DNA of 64,000 nt from Heterodontus francisci (Eukaryota), in assembly GCF_036365525.1 (NCBI RefSeq), contig NW_027140485.1:992001-1056000 (forward strand), written 5' to 3'. Below, one piece after another: positions 12,181 to 24,500 of this stretch. Position 1 is the stretch's first letter. Each line of letters begins with the position of its first letter. The notes beneath the pieces were generated by a model. That model ran no database searches. It was not told where the DNA came from and worked only from the letters and a program-made list of their open reading frames with translations. The translations under genes and the position numbers were made by a program.

Positions 12181-12519
12181 TTGTCCCAGTTCTTATCCAG
12201 TCTCCGATCCTGGAACGTGTCACAGAGGGTCACACAGTGCGGTTACAGTGCACCATGTGGAACGCCGCAGTGAGAGACACTGATGTTCACTGGTACCGGG
12301 AGCTACCAGGACAAAATATGGAGTGGATTTTAACACATGATATAATGAACAGCACACGACGGAGCCCAGGTTTCACTGACCGTTTCCAGTCTTCCAGAGA
12401 CACCTCCAATAACAGCTTCATTTTGACAATCAAACATGTGCAGCCCAATGACACTGCCGTCTATTACTGTAAAGTGTGGGGAGATATCAGTGGGAATGGA
12501 ACCCAGATCATTGTAACCA
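12181..12519 (+). CDS. Exon: Ig V-set domain with germline-joined J-like G strand
   Basis: Acceptor tttttctcttcgtggtgcAG and donor A|GTAAGT, phase 1-1. Motifs: VRLQC, VHWYRELPG, DRFQSSRD, FILTI, DTAVYYC and SGNGTQIIV (FGxGT-like). Confidence 0.95.
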
Positions 12520-15500
12520 GTAAGTCCAGTTTACGTTATGTTCACTGATTTATAATAGAAATATTAAATCTGTATTCACTCCACATTTCAGAGTGGAGTT
12601 GGGAAAATGAGATGGTGGATTTGTGTGTTTAGATTGATGATAATTCATGTCAACACAATATTAAGCACTGCAGTCTCTGAGAGATCATAAAGTATATTCA
12701 AGGACCATCAACAATCAGAATGAATGACTGCACTCTAGAATGTCTGCTGGAATGAATGGGACTGTTTGTCCCCTGGGTGAATGATATACTATGTCCCTGG
12801 GGAGAATGTGGCTTTATGTCTCCTTCTAATGATTGCAGACCATTACATTAATTACAGTGTGTATCTGTTCTAATGCTGCATGTCTGTTACTGAATTGTGT
12901 TCACCCTGCTGATATTTTACAGAAGCCTGGACTCCAGATCTGTTTCCAATTATTCTGGGCTCTCTGCTGGGTTTCCTGCTGCTCCTGGTCATTACTGTAA
13001 TCATTTTGCTTTATGTGAAACAATGGTTGTGTTGCACAAACACATCAACACAGAACAGGTAAATATAATTTATTCCATTCACAGGTGCTGTTGAGAAGTC
13101 ATCTGGATGTTCTGTTGTTAATTGAACTCAGTAAATTCTATAACTCTGAGCTTATTTACATCTTTACTTTTGTCCCTTCCTTCCCTTTCTCTCTCATGAT
13201 CTCTGACCTCCTCTCTCCATCTCTCTCCATTTATCAGATTCTCTTTCTCGCTTTCTCTGCTCCTGGTGAATTGGGCAATGCCCTGATAAACACTGATGTC
13301 TTTTTTTATCTCATTCTATTTCTGTTTCTCTGGTCCTGGTATAATGTGGAGATGGGAATGCAGCGTGTGGGGGGCAGTAACAGGTGACGATCCGGGAACA
13401 TGGAAAGATGAGGATACCTGATCGATATTAATGGGCAGGCCTAATTTGAATATTGTTTCTGGATTCAATGTCTTCTCTGTAAGTAAGAAGCATGACACTG
13501 ACCCTCATGATGCAATTTCTGGGGCTTCAAGGCCCAGTGAAACACTGAAATGGAGGAAGAGGTTTGGAGCTTACCACATAGAGGAAAGAAGAAGGGGAAG
13601 TGTCAGGTGGCTGTGAAAAGACGGAAGATGCCTTGCCACCACCCGCTCCCCCCACCCACCACTCTCGTTTCACAGATGCTTCCTTGATGTTCTGCTGGGT
13701 GGTCTAAGGACCAGGGCGTACCTGATATTTACCAATGGCAGAAAGAGGAAACCAGCTGCCATGACTCAGAAGGAGTGAGTAGAGATGGCAGAGGAGGTGA
13801 TTGGAGATGGCAGAAGGTGTGAGTAGAGATGGCAGAAGGTGTGAGTAGAGATGGCAGAAGGTGTGAGTAGAGATGGCAGAAGGAGTGAGTAGAGATAGCA
13901 GAAGGAGTGTGTAGAGATGGCAGAAGGAGTGTGTAGAGATGGCAGAAGCAGTGTGTAGAGATGGCAGAAGCAGTGTGTAGAGATGGCAGAAGCAGTGTGT
14001 AGAGATGGCAGAGGGAGTGAGTAGAGATGGCAGAGGGAGTGAGTAGAGATGGCAGAGGGAGTGAGTAGAGATGGCAGAGGGAGTGAGTAGAAATGGCAGA
14101 AGGAGTGAGTAGAGATGGCAGAAGGAGTGAGTAGAGATGGCAGAGGGAGTGAGTAGAGATGGCAGAGGGAGTGAGTAGAGATGGCAGAAGGAGTGAGTCG
14201 AGATGGCAGAGGGAGTGAGTCGAGATGGCAGAGGGAGTGAGTAGAGATGGCAGAAGGAGTGAGTGGAGATGGCAGAAGGAGTGAGTGGAGATGGCAGAAG
14301 GTGTGAGTGGAGATGGCAGAAGGTGTGAGTGGAGATGGCAGAAGGAGTGAGTAGAGATGGCAGAGGGAGTGAGTAGAGATGGCAGAGGGAGTGAGTAGAG
14401 ATGGCAGAAGGTGTGAGTAGAGATGGCAGAAGGTGTGAGTAGAGATGGCAGAAGGAGTGAGTAGAGATGGCAGAGGGAGTGAGTAGAGATGGCAGAGGGA
14501 GTGAGTAGAGATGGCAGAGGGAGTGAGTGGAGATGGCAGAAGGAGTGAGTGGAGATGGCAGAAGGAGTGAGTGGAGATGGCAGAAGGAGTGAGTAGAGAT
14601 GGCAGAAGGAGTGAGTAGAGATGGCAGAAGGATTGAGTAGAGATGGCAGAAGGGGTGAATAGAGATGGCAGAGGGAGTGAGTAGAGATGGCAGAAGGAGT
14701 GAGTGGAGATGGCAGAAGGAGTGAGTGGAGATGGCAGAAGGAGTGAGTAGAGATGGCAGAAGGAGTGAGTAGAGATGGCAGAAGGATTGAGTAGAGATGG
14801 CAGAAGGAGTGAGTAGAGATGGCAGAGGGAGTGAGTAGAGATGGCAGAAGGAGTGAGTAGAGATGGCAGGTGTGAGTAGAGATGGCAGAAGGAGTGAGTA
14901 GAGATGGCAGAGGGAGTGAGTAGAGATGGCAGAAGGAGTGAGTAGAGATGGCAGAGGGAGTGAGTAGAGATGGCAGAAGGAGTGAGTAGAGATGGCAGTT
15001 CTCACACTTCTCAGGATTAAATTCCATTTTCCACTGCTCCGTCCATCTTACCAGCTCATCTATATCGTCCTGTTATCTAAGGCTTTCCTCCTCACTATTT
15101 ACAACACCACCAATTTTTGTGTCATCTGCAAACTTACTGATCATACCTCCTATATTCACGTCTAAATCATTAATATACACTACAAACAGCAAGGTTCCCA
15201 GCACCGATCCCTGTGGTACACCACTGGTCACAGACTTCCACTCGCATAAACAACCCTCGACCATCACCCTCTGCCTCCTGCCACTAAGCCAATTTTGGAT
15301 CCAATTTGCCCTGGATCCCATGGGCTCGTACCTTCTTAACCAATCTGAATAGCCTTTGAGAGAGCAGGCAGTGAGCTCTCATCACAGAGTATCCAGTCTC
15401 TGACCTGGTCTCCTAGCCATGCTGTTGATGTGGCTGGTCCAGTGAATCATCTGGCTGTGGTGAAACCCCATTAAGCTGTTATGGTGGAAAACTTACTGAT

Positions 15501-18500
15501 GGTGATTCCATTGATGGTCATGGAGAGAGGCCTCCATTTTCTCTTATTTGTGATTGTTATTACCTGGCACATGCTATCTAGGTCCTGCTGTAAGCTGGAA
15601 TGTGTTGCTTCATTATGAGAGAAGCTGAACACTGCAGAATTGTTAGGGAGCAGCCTTACTCCTGACCTGATGATGGAGGGAAGGTCATTGAAAAAGCAGC
15701 TGAAGATGACTGGGCAGAGGACCCATCCCTGAGGAATTCCTACAGCAATGTGCTGAGGTGATTGGCCTCCAGCTACCAGAACCATCTTCCTCTGAGTCAG
15801 TATGAGTCCAGCCACTGATGGTTTTTTCCCTCGATCCCCCTGACCTCAATTTGCTTGAACTGCTGGTGCCACACTGTCACACAACTCCTCAGGAAGAAGG
15901 ATAAGACACTCCTACAACCTGGAATAAAATTTGGGAATATTTCCCAACTTGTCTATTGCTCACTTACAGGAAACAGAATGAAGTTGTGCTGTTAGAGGCA
16001 TGGTGTGGTGAGAGGGTACAGACCATTGAAAGTTCCATCTATCAGGGTGTGTTGGGCTGTAGGTTATAAAGGTGCTCGGACTCTTGCTCTCTCTCTACCT
16101 CTGCCTCTATATGTGGGGGATTTGTATTCTTTTTGTACAGTACAGGAAAGACAAGCAAAAAGGAAAAGGAAGTGGTGTTGCACTGATAATGAGGGATGGG
16201 ATCAGTACATTAATAAGGGAGGATCTCAGATTGGAAGAACAAAATGTGGAATCTGTTTGGGTGGAGCTAAGAAACAGCAAGGGCAGCAAACATTGATAGG
16301 AGTTGTTTATAGGCCACCAAACAGTAGTGGTAGTGTGGCACATGGTATTAATCAGGAGATTAGAGAAGTATGTGGCATGGGTAATACACTAATCATGGGT
16401 GACTTCAATCTGCATATAGACTGGATAAACCTAACGAGTACTAATGCTGTGGAGGATGAGTTTCTGGAGTGTATTAGGGATGGTTTTCTAGAGCAGTATC
16501 ATGAGGAATCGACTAGAGAGCAGACTATTTTAAATCTAGTATCGAGTCATGAGAAAGGGCTAATTAATACTTGTTGTAAAATAACCTTTAAGAATGAGTG
16601 ACCATAATATGACAGAACTTTTGTTATGTATGAAAGTGAGGTAATTCAATCTGAAGCCAGGGTGTTAAATTTGAACAAAGGAAATTATGAAGATATGAGG
16701 AGCAAATTGGCTGAGGTGAATTGGGAAAATACATTGAAAGGTATGACAGTACATAGGTAATGGATAGTCTTTAAAGAATTATTACATAGTTTACAGCAAC
16801 TATACATTCCTTCAAGGCACAAAAAACCCAAATGTAAAGGCAGTCAACCATGGCTAACAAAGGAAATTAAGGATTGTATAAAATTAAAAGAAAAGGCCTA
16901 TAAAGTTGCCAGAAATAGTAGGATTTTAGGGGATTGGGAGGATTTCAGAATACAGCAAAGGAGGATGAAGAAACTGATAAAGAAAGAGAGAATAGAATAT
17001 GAATGTAAGCCAGCAAAAAACATAAAAACGGACTGTAAAAGCTTCTTTAGGTATGTAAAAAGGAAATGTTTGGCTAAGATAAATGTGGGCCCATTACAGG
17101 CAGGACCAGGAGAATTTATAATGGGGAATAGAGAAATGGAAGAGAAGCTAAATGATTACTTCACTGAGGAAGATACAAAAAATCTCCCAGAATTAGAGGT
17201 CCAAGGGAATAGAAAGAATGAGGAATTGAAGGAAATTAGCATCAGTAAGATGGTTGTATTGGAGAAATTAATGGGGCTTAAGGTTGATAAGTCCCCGAGA
17301 CCTGATACTCCACATCCTAGAGTGTTGAAAGAGGTAGCTATGGAGATAGTGGATGCATTGGTATGTTACGACCAGGTGAGAAAGGTGTCTAGGATTCCCT
17401 TTCAGCCTTTACCTGGTCTTATCATCACAGGGTTTAATTTTAAACACACTGTGTTTTTAGCTCCCCCTTGGTGAATCCTTGTTCACCTCTTTCCAATTAT
17501 AAGGCAAAGAAATCAACACAAACAGGCTTTCTTAGAGTTAAAGAAGAAAAGTTGAAACTTATTAAAGTTAAACTCTAATTTGGGTGACACCAACAGATAC
17601 ACAATGCGCCCACGCTAGCATGGATGCGTGATACACACATGCAAATAGAGACAGAGAAGAGCAGAAGAAATAAAGTGGAAAAAGTTTGAAGCAATATCTG
17701 AAGAGCTTTTGTTACAGTTCTTCGAGCTCACTGCAGAGTCCTTGATTGTAGGTAGATCTTGATTTTCGTTGGGGCCCAGTATTCTTCTTAAACTTTGTTC
17801 AGTGTAGGAGATTTTTCTCTTTTGGGGTTCATGTGTCTTCAGTGAATTCAGAGGCTTGTGAGAAAGAGATGGGAGCAGACAGGAGAGATCTTCTCAGTCC
17901 AGGAGCAAACAATCTGAGTTCAAACGCTCTGTGGCTATTTCAAAAGACTCCTGGAACAGCCAGTTAGGGTGTGACCAGCTGGTCCAACCAGTCCTGGCCC
18001 CTGTGGATTGCATCACCCCAGCAGGTCCTGGAATGCACTTCCCCACCCCCTCACTGTCCCATGAACAACATCCATTGTAGGTTGAATGTGTCATGGAATG
18101 ATCCTTTGCCTACACAAGCACTGTCTGTTAATATGCAAATGCTTTTTTCCAGCCACGGCTGATCTGTTTAACAAGTCATTTCCTCACTCCAGCAACAGTT
18201 AAAAATCAATGTTCATGACAAAACCAATGTGCCTCATTCTTGGCAGGTGGGGGCCTGCATAACAGTCATCATCTTCCAAAATTCTATAGATTCTGGAGCA
18301 GTTCCTGCAGATTGGAAGGTAGCAAATGTCCCCCCACTATTTAAGAAGGGACGGCGAGAGAAAACAGAGAATTACATCAGTCGTTGGGAAAATGCTAGAA
18401 TCTATTCTAAAGGATGTGATAAATGGACACTTGGATAATAATGATCTGATTGGGCATAGTCAACATGGATTTATGAATGGGAAATCATGTTTGATGAACC

Positions 18501-21500
18501 TATTGGAGTTTTTTGAGGATGTTACTAACAGAATTGATAAAGGGGAGTCGGTGGATGTAGTATATGTGGATTTTCAGAAGGCTTTTGATAAAGTCCCCCA
18601 CAGGAGGTTGGTTAGCAAAGTTAAAGCACATGGGATAGGAGGTAATATACTGGCATGGATTCTTTTGGGCCTCCTTATCTCGAGAGACAATGGATACGCG
18701 CCTGGAGGTGGTCAGTGGTTTGTGAAGCAGCGCCTGGAGTGGCTATAAAGGCCAATTCTGGAGTGACAGGCTCTTCCACAGGTGCTGCAGAGAAATTTGT
18801 TTGTTGGGGCTGTTGCACAGTTGGCTCTCCCCTTGCGCCTCTGTCTTTTTTCCTGCCAACTACTAAGTCTCTTCGACTCACCACAATTTAGCCCTGTCTT
18901 TATGGCTGCCCGCCAGCTCTGGCGAATGCTGGCAACTGACTCCCACGACTTGTGATCAATGTCACACGATTTCATGTCACGTTTGCAGACGTCTTTATAA
19001 CGGAGACATGGACGGCCGGTGGGTCTGATACCAGTGGCGAGCTCGCTGTACAATGTGTCTTTGGGGATCCTGCCATCTTCCATGCGGCTCACATGGCCAA
19101 GCCATCTCAAGCGACTCAGTAGTGTGTATAAGCTGGGGGTGTTGGCCGCTTCAAGGACTTCTGTGTTGGAGATATAGTCCTGCCACCTGATGCCAAGTAT
19201 TCTCCGAAGGCAGCGAAGATGGAATGAATTGAGACGTCGCTCTTGGCTGGCATACGTTGTCCAGGCCTCGCTGCCGTAGAGCAAGGTACTGAGGACACAG
19301 GCCTGATACACTCGGACTTTTGTGTTCCGTGTCAGTGCGCCATTTTCCCACACTCTCTTGGCCAGTCTGGACATAGCAGTGGAAGCCTTACCCATGCGCT
19401 TGTTGATTTCTGCATCTAGAGACAGGTTACTGGTGATAGTTGAGCCTAGGTAGGTGAACTCTTGAACCACTTCCAGAGCGTGGTCGCCAATATTGATGGA
19501 TGGAGCATTTCTGACATCCTGCCCCATGATGTTCGTTTTCTTGAGGCTGATGGTTAGGCCAAATTCATTGCAGGCAGACGCAAACCTGTCGATGAGACTC
19601 TGCAGGCATTCTTCAGTGTGAGATGTTAAAGCAGCATCGTCAGCAAAGAGGAGTTCTCTGATGAGGACTTTCCGTACTTTGGACTTCGCTCTTAGACGGG
19701 CAAGGTTGAACAACCTGCCCCCTGATCTTGTGTGGAGGAAAATTCCTTCTTCAGAGGATTTGAACGCATGTGAAAGCAGCAGGGAGAAGAAAATCCCAAA
19801 AAGTGTGGGTGCGAGAACACAGCCCTGTTTCACACCACTCAGGATAGGAAAGGGCTCTGATGAGGAGCCACCATGTTGAATTGTGCCTTTCATATTGTCA
19901 TGGAATGAGGTGATGATACTTAGTAGCTTTGGTGGACATCCGATCTTTTCTAGTAGTCTGAAGAGACCACGTCTGCTGACGAGGTCAAAGGCTTTGGTGA
20001 GATCAATGAAAGCAATGTAGAGGGGCATCTGTTGTTCACGGCATTTCTCCTGTATCTGACGAAGGGAGAACAGCATGTCAATAGTCAATCTCTCTGCACG
20101 AAAGCCACACTGTGCCTCAGGGTAGACGCGCTCGGCCAGCTTCTGGAGCCTGTTCAGAGCGACTCGAGCAAAGACTTTCCCCACTATGCTGAGCAGGGAG
20201 ATTCCACGGTAGTTGTTGCAGTCACCGCGGTCACCTTTGTTTTTATAGAGGGTGATGATGTTGGCATCGCGCATGTCCTGGGGTACTGCTCCCTCGTCCC
20301 AGCACAGGCATAGCAGTTCATGTAGTGCTGAGAGTATAGCAGGCTTGGCACTCTTGATTATTTCAGGGGTAATGCTGTCCTTCCCAGGGGCTTTTCCGCT
20401 GGCTAGGGAATCAATGGCATCACTGAGTTCCGATTTGGTTGGCTGTATGTCCAGCTCATCCATGACTGGTAGAGGCTGGGCTGCATTGAGGGCAGTCTCA
20501 GTGACAGCATTCTCCCTGGAGTACAGTTCTAGGTAGTGCTCAACCCAGCGGTCCATCTGTTTGCGTTGGTCAGTGATTATGTCCCCCGATTTAGATTTGA
20601 GGGGGGTGATCTTCTTGATGGTTGGCCCAAGAGCTCTCTTCATGCCATCATACATTCCTCTGATGTTTCCGGTGTCTGAGGCCAGCTGAATATGACTGCA
20701 TAGGTGTTGCCAGTAGTCGTTTGCGCAACGCCTAGCTGTTCTTTGTGCAGTACTTCTGGCTGCTTTAAGTGCTGCGGATGTTAAATCGCTGGGGGCTTTC
20801 TTGTAGTTCAAAAGTGCAATGCGCTTAGCGGCTATGACAGGTTCCAGCTCTTCATTATGAGATTGAAACCAGTCTGCATTTCTCTTCGCACTTTTGCCGT
20901 AGGTGGTCAAAGCTGACTCATAGATGGCGTCTCTGATGTGGGCCCACTTGGTCTCAGCATCCCCTGTGGGAGTGTTTTGAAGGGCTGTTACAAGTGAATT
21001 TAGAAATTTTTGTAACAGCTGTGGGTGAGAAATTCTGCTCGTGTTGATGCGCGGGTGGCCCTTCTGCTTGGAATGATGCAACTTCTTTGGTCTGAGTCTA
21101 ACCTTGCTGCACACCAGGGAGTGGTCGGTGTCGCAGTCCGCACTGTGGAAGCTGCGTGTGATTTGAACACTGTTTAAGGCGGCTCGCCTTGTGACAATGA
21201 GGTCTAGCTGGTGCCAACGACGTGATCTTGGGTGCCTCCATGAAACCTGGTGACAGGGTTTAGTGTGAAAGAACGAGTTGGTGATGCAGAGGTTATGATA
21301 GGTACACAACTCAAGCAGTCTCTGCCCGTTCTCATTCATCCTTCCAACGCCATAGCGCCCAAGGCAGGAGGGCCATGAGTCATGGTCGGCCCCAACCCTG
21401 GCATTAAAGTCCCCCAGCAGGAATAGGTGTTCGGTGTTGGGGATGCTGCTAATGATGTTATGGAGTTGTTCATAGAACTGGTCTTTAGCTTCAGGTGCGG

Positions 21501-24500
21501 AGCAGAGTGTTGGAGCATAGATGCTGAGTAGGTGTACTGGACCAGAGGTGGTGAGCAGTCGGATGGACAGTATGCGTTCCGAGCCATTTGAGGGAGGCTC
21601 TATCATGCTGAGCAAGGAGTTTCTGATGGCGAAGCCCACTCCATGCTGTCTTGGTTCTTCAGGATCCCTGCCCTGCCAGAAGAGAGCCACTCGCGGGGAG
21701 GCGAGTCTCCTGAAGTGCTGCAATGTCCACATTGAATCTACTGAGCTCGTTGTTAATGATGGCGGTCTTCCGAGAATCGTTGATTTGTGTAAGGTCTTCC
21801 GACAGGCCAGGACACATAGTTCTGACGTTCCAGCTTGCAAAGCGAAGGGCTGGTACCTTCTTTCCTTTTTTCATGTTGTTTGGTGCGGTGTATCAGTCCA
21901 CCTTTCGGGCAATGACCCTGAGCTCCAAGCACCCATTGAAGCAGGCAGACTGTGGCGGGACAGAACCTTATTGACCGGGGGCTGCCCGGTTTGAGGCGGG
22001 CGGTAGCTGTCCAGTGAGGTGCAATGACCTCTCCCACCGACAAAGGCAACCCGTGGCGCCCAGTTTCTACGCCAATTTATCTGGACTTATAACCCGTAAC
22101 TGCTGCCTTCCGTGTTGTTTTAGTCGCTGTGAGGCAACTATGGAGTGACCTCTCCACGGCGCATGCCTGGGCAAATTTATGGAGGTTGAGAGTTGCCCAG
22201 TCGTCAAAACCCCCCTCTCGGCCTTTCTGGTGGGGTCCAAAGGAGTGCAGGACACGACGTTTGGCACCAGTATGGCTGCAGGAACTGCCGGAAACATGCC
22301 AAAGGTGACACATGACCGCCTACGGGGTTCCGCTCCGGATTTTCTGTTAGGGTTTACTCCCTTAGCCTTGGTCTCTCCCGAGACGCCCACAAGGCAGTGG
22401 GGTTGTTGGGGCCCCTACACAGGTGTAGGATGGTGCCGGTGGGAGGAGGGGATGCAAGGGGGAGGGGTAGAGGGAGGGGGTGGGGGGGGGGTGCAGGGGA
22501 AGGGGGTGCGGGGTGAAGATGGTGCGAGGGGGGGGCGGGCTGGGACGGGGTTGTGAGGGGGTGAGCTGAGAGGGTGGAGCAGGGAAGGGGACGGGGGTAG
22601 GGGGGGGGTGGAAGGGGGGTAAAGGGGGGGGGGAGGGGGGGTAGAATCTGGTGCAGGTAATAAGCCATTTCCTCAGTGCCCACCATCGACGTCCGGAAAG
22701 CTCATCCACGTCCTTCGGGAGGTGAAGCATCATTTGGCAGACTTAGAGGTGATTACATTTGCTAAGGGTTTTTTTTTTGCAGTGGTTTAAATAAAGGCAT
22801 GCAGCATTGCCGACAGTGCGCTGCAGATGCTCTACGAGCCATCTCCCGCGGGCGCTTTGAAGTTGCGGCCGGGGGGGCCGTTCGTGGATGTTTTGGGTGT
22901 TCGGGGCACCTTTTCACAGGACTTCTCTCGGGTCCCGCAGCTCCTTCTTCACCTCAATGGATTACGGGTTGGTTAACAGGCAGAAAGCAGAGAGTAAGAA
23001 TAAACTGGTCATTCTCGCGTTGGCAGACTGTGACTAGTGGAGTACTGCAGGGATCAGTGCTTGGGCCCGAGCTGTTCACAATATATATCAATGATTTGGA
23101 TGTGGGGACCAAATGTAGTATTTCCAAGTTCGCAGATGACAAACTAGGTGGGAATGTGTGCTGTGAGGAAGATGCAAAGCGGCTTCAAGGGGATTTGTAC
23201 AGACTTAGTGAGTGGGCAAGAACGTGGCAGATGGAATATAATGTGGGAAAATATGAGGTTATCCACATTGCTAGGAAGAATAGATGTGCAGAGTATTTCT
23301 TAAATGGTGAGATTAGAAAGTGTAGATGCACAAAGGGACTTGGGTGTCCTCATCAATAAATCACTGAAAGTTAGCCTGCAGGTGCAGCAAGCAATTAGGA
23401 AGGCTAATGTTAGGTTAGCCTTTATTGCAAGAGGATTTGAGTACAGGAGTAGTGAAGTCTTGCTTCAATTGTATAGAACCTTGGTTAGACCGCACCTGGA
23501 GTACCGTGTGCAGTTTTGGTCTCCTTACCTTAGGAAGGATATTATTGCCATAGAGGGAGTGCCATGAAGATTCACCAGACTTGTTTCCGGGATGGTGGGA
23601 CTGTCCTATGAAGAGAGATTGTGGAAACTGGGCCTGTATTCTCTAGATTTTCGAAGAATGAGAGGTGATCTCATTGAAACCTACAAAATACTTCAATGGA
23701 TAGACAGGGTAGATGCAGCTAAGATGTTTCCCCTGGTTGGGGAGTCTCGAACCAGGGGACACAATTTCAAAATAAGGGGGAAGCCACTTAGGACAGAGAT
23801 GAGGAAATATTTCTTCACTCAGAGCTTTGTGAATCTTTGGAATTCTCTACCCCAGAGGGCTGTGGAAGCTCAGTCATTGAGTATGTTTAAAGTAGAGATT
23901 GACAGATTTCTAAATATCAATGATATAAAGGGATTTGATGATAGTGTGGGAAAAGGCATTGAAGTGGATGATCAGCCATGATCATATTGAATGGTGGGGC
24001 AGACTCGATGGGCTGAATGGCCTACTCCTGCTCCGATGTCTATGTTCCTATGTTCCTATGCTCTGTGATGAATTAATCTTAGGTATATCTGATGTAACAT
24101 TGTTTAGAGTCACAGATGAAGACACTGGCAACGTGTATGCAACAGTAAATGGTAAGCAAACTAACTCAATACTTACTGTAGGAGGAATAGTCTGAACTCC
24201 AGTGACCTGTTAGTGATTGCAAGCTTCATGTACTGTTAATTTAACATGTACTCAGTTCCATCATGTAGACAAATGCAGGAAAGTTTCACAATGGACTTAA
24301 CATGTAAAGTGTGTAATGTTATTTAATTCTGACATATTGCTGGGAACTGGGAGGTATTTAAGCCATAGAGTCATAGTCATTATGGCACAGAAGACCATTT
24401 GGCCCATCACGTTCATACCAGCAGAACTATCCAGCCAATCTCATTACCCTGCTCTACCTCCGTAGCCCTGCAAGTTTATTTCCTTCAAGTACCTATACAA

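Larger units (their letters stand above)
16140..24060 (+). mobile_element. CR1 LINE ORF2 plus 3' UTR, interrupted by a solo LTR and a full-length RTE
   Basis: APE motifs (GVVYRPPN, MGDFN) at 16300-16410. RT motifs are colinear across both insertions (IVDALV|IIFQNS and NILAWI|TGWLTGRKQRV). Tail is (ATGTTCCT)n at ~24040-24060. Confidence 0.88.

Noticed and set aside
12051-12270. CACAGTG heptamers at 12051 and 12233 as possible RSSs
   Set aside because: No ACAAAAACC-like nonamer at 12- or 23-bp spacing, and they are not at the 3' end of the V region.
12181-12519. Calling the V exon a rearranging Ig light chain or TCR gene
   Set aside because: V and J are fused, there is no RSS and no constant exon downstream, and the next in-phase exon is an uncharged TM leading to an ITIM/ITSM tail.
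13085-13387. 100-aa hydrophobic ORF after the TM exon
   Set aside because: It is a pyrimidine-rich intron translation, and the implied 26-nt intron is too short.
13704-15027. Two ~430-aa minus-strand ORFs
   Set aside because: Translations of the 22-bp minisatellite.
15970-16007. Possible extra cytoplasmic exon after cacttacAG
   Set aside because: The available donors give either the wrong phase or a TGA at the junction with the 24108 exon. The model is already in frame without it.
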